This document shows, one piece after another, positions 54,402-64,000 of a stretch of DNA of 64,000 nucleotides. Numbering within the stretch: the first letter of the stretch is position 1; every line of letters begins with the position of its first letter. The position numbers were made by a program, and so were the translations under genes. The stretch spans positions 10,507-74,506 of the forward strand of contig CAUUSJ010000001.1 in the NCBI GenBank assembly GCA_963547765.1. The letters run 5' to 3'. Source of the DNA: an uncultured Streptococcus sp. (GTDB lineage Bacteria; Bacillota; Bacilli; Lactobacillales; Streptococcaceae). The notes below the pieces were generated by a model, which made no database searches, was not told the DNA's origin, and was given only the letters and a program-made list of their open reading frames with translations.

Positions 54402-57400
54402 GTGATTACACAACTAGATACCAAGACTGTTTATAGTTTTATGGATAGTTTAGTCTCTATCAAAAAATATGTTCAACGGGCCAAGGACTTGGGCTACAAA
54501 AGTCTAGGAATGATGGATGTGGACAATCTTTATGGGGCTTATCATTTTCTAGAGGAGGTAAAAGCGGCAGGACTTCAGCCCTTGCTAGGTCTAGAAATGG
54601 AAATTTATAAAGATGGAAATCCTCTCAATTTGAGATTGCTAGCCTTAGATAGTCAGGGCTATCGCAATTTGATGAAGATTTCGACTCTGAAAATGATGAA
54701 TCGTCAAAATTGGGAAGACTTTCAACATCTTTTTAAGGGGCTGGCTCTGATTGTACCAATCTTTGAAGGTGTGGATCAGCTTGATTTGGGCTTGGACTTT
54801 TATGTTGGGGTCTTTCCAGATACGCCTAGGCAGGAATTGACTAGGCCAGTCCTGCCCTTACATACGGTTCGTTATTTTGAGCAAGGAGACTTGGAGACTT
54901 TGCAGATGTTGAGGGCGATTCGGGACAATATCAGCTTGCGAGAGGTCGGCCATCTGTCAAACCATGAATTTTTATTAGCGCCAGCCTCTTTACTGGAAGC
55001 TTTCGCTGAAAACTTTCCAGAGAGTTTGACCAACTTGGAGAAATTGGTGGCTGGTGTTCATTATGAAATTAATACCGACTTGAAACTTCCACGCTTCAAT
55101 CCTGAGCGTCCTGCTGTGGAGGAGCTGCGAGAGTTAGCTGAGGCGGGATTGGCCAAGCGGGGGCTTACGGGAACAGCCTATCAAGCAAGGCTGGATCAGG
55201 AACTGGATGTCATTCATCAGATGGATTTTGATGATTATTTCCTCATCGTCTGGGATTTGCTGCGCTTTGGCCGTAGTCAAGGTTATTACATGGGGATGGG
55301 GCGTGGCTCTGCAGTTGGCAGTCTGGTGGCCTATGCTCTGGAAATTACAGGTATTGACCCAGTAGAAAAGAACCTGCTTTTTGAACGTTTCCTAAATCTA
55401 GAGCGCTATACCATGCCCGATATTGATATTGATATTCCCGATGTGTACCGACCAGAGTTTATCCGCTATGTCCGAGATCGCTACGGTAGCATGCATGCAG
55501 CCCAGATTGTGACCTACTCAACCTTTGGGGCTAAGCAGGCTATCCGAGATGTCTTTAAGCGCTTTGGTTTGCCAGAGTACGAGCTGACCAATGTGACCAA
55601 AAAAATCGGCTTTCGAGACAACTTAACCACTGCTTATGAGCGAAATATAGCCTTTCGTCAGATTATCAATAGCAAGCTAGAATACCAGAAGGCCTTTGAA
55701 ATTGCTAAGAAAATCGAAGGCAATCCACGCCAGACCTCAATCCATGCGGCAGGTGTCGTCATGAGCGACGATGACTTGACCAATCAGATTCCCTTAAAAT
55801 ACGGGGAAGACATGTATATCACCCAGTACGATGCCCACGGTGTCGAAAGCAATGGACTGCTTAAGATGGACTTTCTGGGCCTGCGTAATTTAACCTTTGT
55901 CCAGCGGATGAAGGAAGCAGCTCTAGACAAATACGGAGTTAATATTGATATTGCTGGTATTGACCTGGAGGACGAGTCAACTCTGCGCCTCTTTGCAGCG
56001 GGTAATACCAAGGGTATTTTCCAGTTTGAACAAGCGGGTGCTATCAGTCTTTTGAAAAGAGTCCAACCTGTAAAGTTTGAAGAAGTAGTAGCTACCACCT
56101 CTCTCAATCGTCCCGGAGCTAGTGACTATATTGATAATTTTGTCAAGCGCAAGCATGGTCGCGAGCGCGTGGAGATGATTGATCCGAGCTTGGAGGATAT
56201 CTTGGCACCAACCTATGGCATCATGCTTTACCAAGAGCAGGTCATGCAGGTCGCCCAGCGCTTTGGTGGTTTTAGTCTGGGAAAAGCCGATATTTTACGG
56301 CGGGCGATGGGCAAGAAAAATGCTGCTGAAATGCATAAAATGGAGGAAGAATTTGTCAGGGGAGCTGTCAGATTGGGGCACTCAGAGACCAAGTCCAAGG
56401 AAGTCTTTGCGGTCATGGAGAAATTTGCCGGCTATGGCTTCAACCGTAGCCACGCCTATGCTTACTCGGCTCTAGCTTTTCAGCTGGCCTATTTCAAGGC
56501 TCATTATCCAGACATCTTCTTTGATGTCATTCTCAACTACTCGAGCTCGGACTATATCACGGATGCACTCGGCTTTGGTTTCGAGCTGGCTCCGTTGACT
56601 ATTCACAATATTCCCTATAAAGATAAGTTTCAGGAGCGAAAAATCTATCTTGGCCTGAAAAATATCAAGGGCTTGCCAAGAGATTTTGCTTTCTGGATCA
56701 TAGAAGAGCGTCAAAAAAATCCCTTTAGCAGTGTGGAAGATTTCATTTTACGCCTGCCTCAGAGTTATCATAAGTTGCCACTTTTAAGTCCTTTGGTGCA
56801 ATTAGGGCTCTTTGATGTTTTTGAGCCCAATCGCCAGAAGATTTTGCACAATCTACCGAATCTTTTTGTCTTTGCAGATGAGTTGGGGAGTTTATTTGCT
56901 GATACTAGCTATTCATGGACGGATGCCGAGGATTTTACTGCTGCAGAAAAGTTTGAGCAGGAGCAAGCCTTGATTGGAATTGGCCTTAGTGATCACCCGC
57001 TCATTAGCCTAGCCAAGAAAGCCAATCGTCCTTTTGTCTGGATTGAAGAGCTGGCCGATAATAGTAAGGCGACCATTCTAGTTGAAGTCCAGTCTATCAA
57101 GGTTATTCGCACAAAAAATGGTGAAAACATGGCCTTTATGCAAGTGACAGATACGAAGAAAAAGTTAGATGTTACTTTATTCCCTGAAGTTTATCGCCGC
57201 TTTGCTCAACTAATCCAAGAAAAAGGCTATTACTATCTGACTGGAAAAATTCAGGAGAGGGATGGCCGGCTACAGATGGTTCTAGCAGAGGTGGAGAAAG
57301 CAAGCTCAGAACGCTTTTGGATCCAATTGGCTGACTCTAATCACGACAGGCAGATTGCGGAGATCCTGCAGCGATACCCTGGGGATATTCCCGTGGTGCT

Positions 57401-57512
57401 ACGCTATGAGAATGACAAAAAAACGGTTCCAGCATCAGGCTTTCAAGTTCAAAAATCAGACCAACTTCAAGCTGAACTAGAAAATTACAGCATGAAAACG
57501 GTTTTTCGGTAA
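54402..57512 (+). CDS. dnaE: DNA polymerase III alpha subunit DnaE (GTG start)
   Basis: GRGSAVGS, PDIDID, KMDFLGL, FNRSHA. Confidence 0.96.
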   Translation: MITQLDTKTVYSFMDSLVSIKKYVQRAKDLGYKSLGMMDVDNLYGAYHFLEEVKAAGLQPLLGLEMEIYKDGNPLNLRLLALDSQGYRNLMKISTLKMMNRQNWEDFQHLFKGLALIVPIFEGVDQLDLGLDFYVGVFPDTPRQELTRPVLPLHTVRYFEQGDLETLQMLRAIRDNISLREVGHLSNHEFLLAPASLLEAFAENFPESLTNLEKLVAGVHYEINTDLKLPRFNPERPAVEELRELAEAGLAKRGLTGTAYQARLDQELDVIHQMDFDDYFLIVWDLLRFGRSQGYYMGMGRGSAVGSLVAYALEITGIDPVEKNLLFERFLNLERYTMPDIDIDIPDVYRPEFIRYVRDRYGSMHAAQIVTYSTFGAKQAIRDVFKRFGLPEYELTNVTKKIGFRDNLTTAYERNIAFRQIINSKLEYQKAFEIAKKIEGNPRQTSIHAAGVVMSDDDLTNQIPLKYGEDMYITQYDAHGVESNGLLKMDFLGLRNLTFVQRMKEAALDKYGVNIDIAGIDLEDESTLRLFAAGNTKGIFQFEQAGAISLLKRVQPVKFEEVVATTSLNRPGASDYIDNFVKRKHGRERVEMIDPSLEDILAPTYGIMLYQEQVMQVAQRFGGFSLGKADILRRAMGKKNAAEMHKMEEEFVRGAVRLGHSETKSKEVFAVMEKFAGYGFNRSHAYAYSALAFQLAYFKAHYPDIFFDVILNYSSSDYITDALGFGFELAPLTIHNIPYKDKFQERKIYLGLKNIKGLPRDFAFWIIEERQKNPFSSVEDFILRLPQSYHKLPLLSPLVQLGLFDVFEPNRQKILHNLPNLFVFADELGSLFADTSYSWTDAEDFTAAEKFEQEQALIGIGLSDHPLISLAKKANRPFVWIEELADNSKATILVEVQSIKVIRTKNGENMAFMQVTDTKKKLDVTLFPEVYRRFAQLIQEKGYYYLTGKIQERDGRLQMVLAEVEKASSERFWIQLADSNHDRQIAEILQRYPGDIPVVLRYENDKKTVPASGFQVQKSDQLQAELENYSMKTVFR

Positions 57513-57572
57513 AAAATCAGGAAAATAAGAGAATTTTTATTCTGATTGTGGTATAATCTATAAGAATGTTAA

Positions 57573-58607
<1,035 letters not shown>

Positions 58608-58659
58608 TTGGTCAATCAGGGGTGAAATCCCCAAATAGTAGAAGGAGTTTCTTAATATC

Positions 58660-60165
58660 ATGAACAAACGCGTAAAAATCGTTGCAACTTTAGGTCCTGC
58701 GGTAGAAATCCGTGGCGGTAAAAAATTCGGTGAAGACGGATACTGGGGTGAAAAACTGGACGTTGAAGCTTCAGCTCAAAATATTGCAAAATTGATTGAA
58801 GCAGGAGCAAACACTTTCCGTTTCAACTTCTCACACGGTGACCACCAAGAACAAGGTGAGCGTATGGCAACTGTTAAACGTGCGGAAGAAATCGCTGGTA
58901 AAAAAGTTGGTTTCCTTCTTGACACTAAGGGTCCAGAAATCCGTACAGAATTGTTCGAAGGCGAAGCAAAAGAGTACTCATACAAAACTGGTGAAAAAAT
59001 CCGCGTTGCGACAAAACAAGGAATCAAATCAACTCGCGATGTGATTGCTTTGAACGTTGCTGGTGGACTTGATATCTATGATGATGTTGAAGTAGGTCGC
59101 CAAGTATTGGTTGACGATGGTAAACTTGGTCTTCGCGTTGTAGAAAAAGATGATGCAACTCGTGAATTTGTAGTTGAAGTTGAAAATGACGGTGTTATCG
59201 CTAAACAAAAAGGTGTAAACATCCCTAACACTAAAATTCCTTTCCCAGCTCTTGCTGAGCGCGATAATGACGATATCCGCTTCGGTCTTGAGCAAGGAAT
59301 CAACTTCATCGCGATTTCATTTGTACGTACTGCAAAAGACGTTAACGAAGTCCGTGCAATCTGTGAAGAAACTGGTAATGGACACGTTCAATTGTTTGCA
59401 AAAATCGAAAACCAACAAGGTATCGACAACTTGGATGAAATCATCGAAGCTGCTGACGGTATCATGATCGCTCGTGGTGACATGGGTATCGAAGTACCAT
59501 TCGAAATGGTTCCAGTTTACCAAAAAATGATCATCACTAAGGTAAATGCAGCTGGTAAAGTGGTTATCACAGCAACTAACATGCTTGAAACCATGACAGA
59601 AAAACCACGTGCAACTCGTTCAGAAGTATCAGACGTATTTAACGCTGTTATCGACGGAACTGACGCAACTATGCTTTCAGGTGAGTCTGCAAACGGTAAA
59701 TACCCACTTGAGTCAGTAACAACAATGGCAACAATTGACAAGAATGCACAAACTCTTCTTAACGAATACGGACGTTTGAACTCAGATACTTTCGAACGTA
59801 ACTCTAAGACAGAAGTTATGGCTTCAGCTGTTAAAGATGCTACTAACTCAATGAACATCAAATTGGTTGTTACCCTTACTAAGACTGGTCACACAGCACG
59901 TTTGATTTCTAAATACCGTCCAAATGCTGATATCTTGGCATTGACATTCGACGAATTGACAGAACGTGGCTTGATGTTGAACTGGGGTGTTATCCCAATG
60001 TTGACAGAAGCACCTTCATCAACTGATGATATGTTCGAAATTGCTGAACGTAAAGCAGTTGAAGCAGGTCTTGTTGAGTCTGGTGACGATATCGTTATCG
60101 TTGCAGGTGTACCACTTGGCGAAGCTGTTCGTACAAATACAATGCGTATCCGCACAGTACGTTAA
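58660..60165 (+). CDS. pyk: Pyruvate kinase
   Basis: KIVATLGP, IARGDMG, MLSGESA. Confidence 0.98.
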   Translation: MNKRVKIVATLGPAVEIRGGKKFGEDGYWGEKLDVEASAQNIAKLIEAGANTFRFNFSHGDHQEQGERMATVKRAEEIAGKKVGFLLDTKGPEIRTELFEGEAKEYSYKTGEKIRVATKQGIKSTRDVIALNVAGGLDIYDDVEVGRQVLVDDGKLGLRVVEKDDATREFVVEVENDGVIAKQKGVNIPNTKIPFPALAERDNDDIRFGLEQGINFIAISFVRTAKDVNEVRAICEETGNGHVQLFAKIENQQGIDNLDEIIEAADGIMIARGDMGIEVPFEMVPVYQKMIITKVNAAGKVVITATNMLETMTEKPRATRSEVSDVFNAVIDGTDATMLSGESANGKYPLESVTTMATIDKNAQTLLNEYGRLNSDTFERNSKTEVMASAVKDATNSMNIKLVVTLTKTGHTARLISKYRPNADILALTFDELTERGLMLNWGVIPMLTEAPSSTDDMFEIAERKAVEAGLVESGDDIVIVAGVPLGEAVRTNTMRIRTVR

Positions 60166-60252
60166 CAATAATTAAAAAACCTTGCTATATCAACGTTTTA
60201 GCGTTGTTGGCAGGGTTTTTATTTGTTGCAGGGGGCAAAAAAGGGGCAAATT

Positions 60253-61404
60253 TTACTTTCTGTCATTGGCAATCGCATCTAAAATATTCTCTATATTCGT
60301 TTTCATATTTTTTGTGACGTGGGTATAGATCTGCATAGTAGTTTTAGAGTCTTTGTGTCCAACTCTGGCCATAATGGCTTTTACAGGTATGTTTCTTTCA
60401 GCAAGTATGCTGATTAGGGTGTGCCTAAAAATGTGGGAGCTCAGATCTTTATTGATGGGTTTGTCCAGTCTCTGATTTGCTTTCTGCAGCGTTATATTAA
60501 AAGCGTTTCGTTGTATTGGCTTCCCTTGATTGTTGAGGAATATGTAATCTGTGTCAGGCCAATTTGGATCTGTGTTTTTGGACAGGTCGTTCAGCTTGAT
60601 AAATTCATCTATAATCTCTATTTCTCGGTTGGTCAGATTAGTCGTGCGGTAGCTTGATAGAGTCTTTGTGAGTTCTTTCTTAGCATTTCTGTCAACGCTA
60701 TCTAATGTCCCATGTATATCCAATTCTCTGCTTTCTCGGTGAAAATTGTGTTTTTCGATAGCTACAGCTTCGCCAATGCGACAGCCGTTCAAAGACATAA
60801 ATTCTGCAAGTAGGCCCGCTCTATAGGTTCGAGGGGTTCTGTATAATTCTTTCAAAAGCGCGTTGAGCTCTTCAGGCTCTAGATACTTTTCGCTGATTGA
60901 TTTCATATCGTCTAGCGTTAAAACTCGCTTAGGGAGTGCAGTGGCTCGAGCTGGGTTATCATTTATAATTTTTAGTTCCTGGGCATAATCGAAAACTCCG
61001 TTTAAAACAGCTTTGATATGATTGAGTTGAGAAGCTGTGTAGTCGGAATTTGCAATATACTTTTTAACATAAGCAACATCAATATTGCGCATTGGAACGT
61101 TCAAGGCAAAGTCTTTTAATAATCTTTTGTACGCTGGTTTACGAGCTCGAACGCTAGATCGCCTAACGCTCTTTTGGTAAAATGTCCACCATTCTTCCAA
61201 CAAATCAGCAAACAATCTATCTGATGTCGAAAGTTTCTGAATAACCTTGTCTATCTTCTCATCTAAAAGTTTCTGAGCTTCTTTTTTGGCTCTTGACGAT
61301 CCTGAGTCGAGCGTCACAGATACCCTTTTCCACTTTTCGGTGTAAGGGTCTTTGTAGCGCTCGAAAAATTTATATTTTCCGTTTGCGAGTTCTTCCATCC
61401 ACAT
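60253..61404 (-). CDS. int: Phage tyrosine integrase
   Basis: GCRIGE, TKT, HIFRH, VGH, IYTH catalytic residues; N-terminal arm-binding domain. Confidence 0.96.
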   Translation of the reverse strand: MWMEELANGKYKFFERYKDPYTEKWKRVSVTLDSGSSRAKKEAQKLLDEKIDKVIQKLSTSDRLFADLLEEWWTFYQKSVRRSSVRARKPAYKRLLKDFALNVPMRNIDVAYVKKYIANSDYTASQLNHIKAVLNGVFDYAQELKIINDNPARATALPKRVLTLDDMKSISEKYLEPEELNALLKELYRTPRTYRAGLLAEFMSLNGCRIGEAVAIEKHNFHRESRELDIHGTLDSVDRNAKKELTKTLSSYRTTNLTNREIEIIDEFIKLNDLSKNTDPNWPDTDYIFLNNQGKPIQRNAFNITLQKANQRLDKPINKDLSSHIFRHTLISILAERNIPVKAIMARVGHKDSKTTMQIYTHVTKNMKTNIENILDAIANDRK

Positions 61405-61434
61405 TGATTTTTACCTCACTTTTTGATAAAATGG

Positions 61435-61522
61435 GTATAGTAAAAAGGGCTTTTTAATGCCTTTTGCTATACTAGCTTTCCCCACGCTCTCCTCGACCAA
61501 AATTTGAGCGTGGGGATTTTTT
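61435..61522 (+). ncRNA. Candidate ~85-nt sRNA divergent from int and antisense to its leader
   Basis: TTGATT-17-TAAAAT promoter with TG (61404-61432), two hairpins, terminal T6. Confidence 0.5.
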
Positions 61523-61524
61523 GT

Positions 61525-62121
61525 TTATTCTAGCCCATTTGAAATTTTAACTGTCAGAAGAAAAGATCCGTCTTCTTGCTTCGCAAAGGTCAAAATAACC
61601 GATTGAAATTTGCTTCCTGCCGAAGTATATGTGATCGTTTTGCTTTCGTGATCGCTAATAGTAGTGGTATTTTCGTCAGTTGGTTTGCCGTGGTCACGGA
61701 TAACGTCGTCGTATTTTGTTCCGCCTGCGCCGTTATTGGCAATGTCACCTTCTTTAAGAGCGTCGAATTGTTCTTTTGTCCAATTGAACTTTGCATCTTC
61801 TTCTTTTTGTGACGATTCGATAGAGGAGCTTACAGAGCTTGCTGCAGACTCATAAGATTTGCTAGCTTCATCGATTGCATGAGAGTAGAATGATTGAGTA
61901 GCAATAACGATTATGAGAGATAAAATAGAGATAACAGAGCCAACAATAGATAAGGTCTTTTGTTTTTTTCGATTTACAATAAGACCGATAACTCCAAGTA
62001 CAAGGCCAAGGATGCCAATTAAAAACGATAGATTGTTAATAATAGGGATCCACGATCCAACCAGAGCAATTGCTCCGAAGACAATAGCTAAAATGCCTAA
62101 AGCTTTGCTTTCTTGCTGCAT
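61525..62121 (-). CDS. Prophage membrane protein: three TM helices, Ser-rich linker, soluble C-terminal domain; superinfection-exclusion candidate
   Basis: GGAGG RBS; hydrophobicity pattern; located between cI and int. Confidence 0.75.
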   Translation of the reverse strand: MQQESKALGILAIVFGAIALVGSWIPIINNLSFLIGILGLVLGVIGLIVNRKKQKTLSIVGSVISILSLIIVIATQSFYSHAIDEASKSYESAASSVSSSIESSQKEEDAKFNWTKEQFDALKEGDIANNGAGGTKYDDVIRDHGKPTDENTTTISDHESKTITYTSAGSKFQSVILTFAKQEDGSFLLTVKISNGLE

Positions 62122-62225
62122 AAATAAACCTCCTCAGCTTTTAGTGTGGATCAGTGGTTGCACATTTTTTAACTAATTAAATTCAAGTGTTCTTCTTTAG
62201 TCACTACTGACGAGGTAGTGGTTTT

Positions 62226-62966
62226 TTATTTCTCTCTATACAAATCCACAACTTCGCCGATAATTCGGAAGTCTGTTTCTGGTGTGATCGGCATATCTTT
62301 ATAGGCTGGATTTAAACTGTGTAAATAAGCTTGGTCTTTGTCGATAACAAGCTGCTTGATATAAGCATCACCGTTATAATTGAAGACTCCGATAACTCCG
62401 TCATTCAAGTCTACGCTGGTCTGAATGAATACTAGGTCGCCATCGTGATAGTCAGGCTCCATGGAGTCTCCTTTGATCGGGATAACAAAGTCAGCATCGA
62501 TATCTACTGGCAGCTCAATCTGCTCCACTCGTACATCGTTCAAATACTGCCCTGTACCTGCAGAAGCTGGGTGATCGTAGTAGTCGTAGCTATAAAGCTG
62601 AATGACTTCTGATACTTCGTTTACCTTCGTTTCTTCTTCGTTTCTCTGCTCTTTCAGTTGCCTCTCTGCATACGTCAAGACCTTGCCTTGTCTTAGCGGT
62701 GCTAGTTGGTCGTAGATGGTTTGGATGGAGGAAGCGGTAGGGGATTGAAGAGACTCGTTTTGAGAAGGGAAAAAATCATCTATTGAGACACCGAAAATAT
62801 CGCAAAGCTCAAAGAGCATGTCTTGATTGGCTTTTCTATCTCCTTTTTCATATCTACTAATAGTTTGCTTAGTAGTATTCAATCTTTTAGCAAGTTCATC
62901 TTGAGTAAAACCGGCTGATTTTCGAAAAGTTTTAATTTGGTTTCCAATATATTTTTTCAAATCCAT
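62226..62966 (-). CDS. CI-like repressor (XRE HTH + S24 autopeptidase)
   Basis: TQDELA...TISRYEKG HTH; AG cleavage site, GDSMEP, YIKQL. Confidence 0.93.
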   Translation of the reverse strand: MDLKKYIGNQIKTFRKSAGFTQDELAKRLNTTKQTISRYEKGDRKANQDMLFELCDIFGVSIDDFFPSQNESLQSPTASSIQTIYDQLAPLRQGKVLTYAERQLKEQRNEEETKVNEVSEVIQLYSYDYYDHPASAGTGQYLNDVRVEQIELPVDIDADFVIPIKGDSMEPDYHDGDLVFIQTSVDLNDGVIGVFNYNGDAYIKQLVIDKDQAYLHSLNPAYKDMPITPETDFRIIGEVVDLYREK

Positions 62967-63011
62967 GTTCCGTACCTCAATTTAGTAATTCTATAAGTAG
63001 ATTATATAAAA

Positions 63012-63086
63012 AAGTCACCGAAAACGCAACTTTTTTTATTTTTTAATTAAAATACTGTTGACAAGTCACCGAAATGGTGATATGAT
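63012..63086 (+). promoter_or_regulatory. Lytic promoter and repressor operators
   Basis: TTGACA(63058)-17-TATGAT(63081); AAGTCACCGAAA at 63012 and 63063; TCACC-N5-GGTGA in the spacer. Confidence 0.8.
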
Positions 63087-63142
63087 TAAATCAAGCTTAA
63101 GGAAATAACAAAGCTAAGAACAAAAGAGAAAGGAGCAGAAAA

Positions 63143-63295
63143 ATGAATGAGCTCGAAAAAAAAGCCCTCAACGAGGTGTTGAGGACGGTTAGACTTATAA
63201 ATCAAAAAGTTGCTGAGGTTGTTGAACTTCAAAGTCAACAAGAGCTAGCTATTTCTTATCTTCGGGGAATAATGGATGGTTCTGTGTCTGATTGA
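63143..63295 (+). CDS. 50-aa helical phage protein, first ORF of the lytic transcript; not in the ORF track
   Basis: AAAGGAG RBS; MNELEKKALNEVLRTVRLINQKVAEVVELQSQQELAISYLRGIMDGSVSD. Confidence 0.7.
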   Translation: MNELEKKALNEVLRTVRLINQKVAEVVELQSQQELAISYLRGIMDGSVSD

Positions 63296-63908
63296 ATTGA
63301 TTTAGAAGTTCTTGCTTAATTGAGTGATGGGCGCTTATTGTTGGCTCTGCATTAAAATCATACTTGGGTACGAGAGAAGAATAAGACTGTTGCTTTTCTA
63401 ACAGATTTAGTATCTTGTTTAGCTTCTTGGTCAAATTGTCATTGAGATCATCAAGTGTAAGACTTCTTTCGATACGGCTTTCAGGCATTTCGAAGTTTTC
63501 AAAACTTTGTATTTTAGCTTTTAAATTCTCTTTGGACTCTTCAATTTTCGCTACATCTGTATCGTAGAAAACGGTACGAGTCGTAATAACATCAAAAGGA
63601 AGTCTTTCTCCTACTTTTATGATTGGTACGAGAGGAAGTTCAAGAGCTTGTCTGAAACCTAATTCGTAAAATGCATTGGGATTGTGGTCCGTCATATCTG
63701 CTACAACCATAGGGGCAGTCTTGAGGTAGTTTATAACCGTTTCGTTGATGTTGTCAACCGCATTGACGTGGTCAACACGAACAGGTCTATAACCTAACTC
63801 TTCACAAACCGGGGCGATAAGATATCGATATACGTTGTCAGCTCGTTCTCTTGTTGGTGTCCCAGATTCACCAATAGCAGTTACAATAAAACAAATTTTT
63901 TCAGACAT
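63249..63908 (-). CDS. Nucleoside 2-deoxyribosyltransferase/TIR-like domain protein with a C-terminal coiled coil
   Basis: CFIV...LIAP...VRVD...VVADMTDHNPNAFYELG...LPFDV; own TGGTATAAT promoter (63943-63935) and GGAG RBS. Confidence 0.8.
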   Translation of the reverse strand: MSEKICFIVTAIGESGTPTRERADNVYRYLIAPVCEELGYRPVRVDHVNAVDNINETVINYLKTAPMVVADMTDHNPNAFYELGFRQALELPLVPIIKVGERLPFDVITTRTVFYDTDVAKIEESKENLKAKIQSFENFEMPESRIERSLTLDDLNDNLTKKLNKILNLLEKQQSYSSLVPKYDFNAEPTISAHHSIKQELLNQFNQTQNHPLFPEDKK

Positions 63909-63966
63909 GTTTTTCTCCAGTCGTTTTTGTTTTGATTATACCATATTTGAAAGGGGGTGATGGGAG

Positions 63967-64000
63967 ATGGAACTTAATAAAATTAATGTAATTGTCAAAA
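63967..64000 (+). CDS. Start of the next phage early gene (MELNKINVIVK...), truncated by the window
   Basis: Purine-rich RBS then ATG, open to the window edge. Confidence 0.4.
   Translation, partial: MELNKINVIVK

Larger units (their letters stand above)
60166..64000. mobile_element. Left end of a prophage (lysogeny module and start of early region); continues beyond the window; boundary approximate
   Basis: Integrase, membrane gene and CI-like repressor on the minus strand with a divergent promoter; GGGGCAAA direct repeats next to the integrase stop. Confidence 0.9.

Noticed and set aside
63143..63295. Calling the first lytic ORF cro
   Set aside because: No helix-turn-helix pattern; it looks like a coiled-coil peptide

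Overview
Low-GC Firmicute chromosome. Gene content and order point to an oral Streptococcus of the sanguinis/gordonii/cristatus group (inference). About 60 kb is mostly core genome: end of the arc operon, queA/arcR, nagB, coiA-pepF-prsA, T-box-alaS, ald, tRNA-Thr, ybeY-dgkA-era-mutM-coaE-MFS-rpmG-secG-rnr-smpB, tehB, gor, a MacAB-like exporter, lysS, ftsW-ppc, ccpA and dnaE-pfkA-pyk. Two accessory regions stand out. (1) A ~2.4 kb integrase-free insert downstream of smpB, bounded by a ~68-bp duplication of the smpB 3' end. It holds two divergent paralogous membrane-anchored genes, each preceded by a near-identical 73-bp terminator+promoter unit, which looks like a cassette array. (2) The left end of a prophage just after pyk (integrase, membrane protein, CI repressor). 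Its early region carries a separately promoted, reverse-oriented nucleoside-2-deoxyribosyltransferase/TIR-like gene, overlapped tail-to-tail by a 50-aa ORF that is the first gene of the lytic transcript: a candidate prophage anti-phage defence/self-inhibitor pair. Also noted: an atypical alaS T-box, an unannotated 36-aa membrane peptide, a candidate sRNA antisense to the integrase leader, two apparently leaderless genes, and a PmrA-like MFS gene with no canonical start codon. All product calls come from recognising motifs by eye; no database searches were run.
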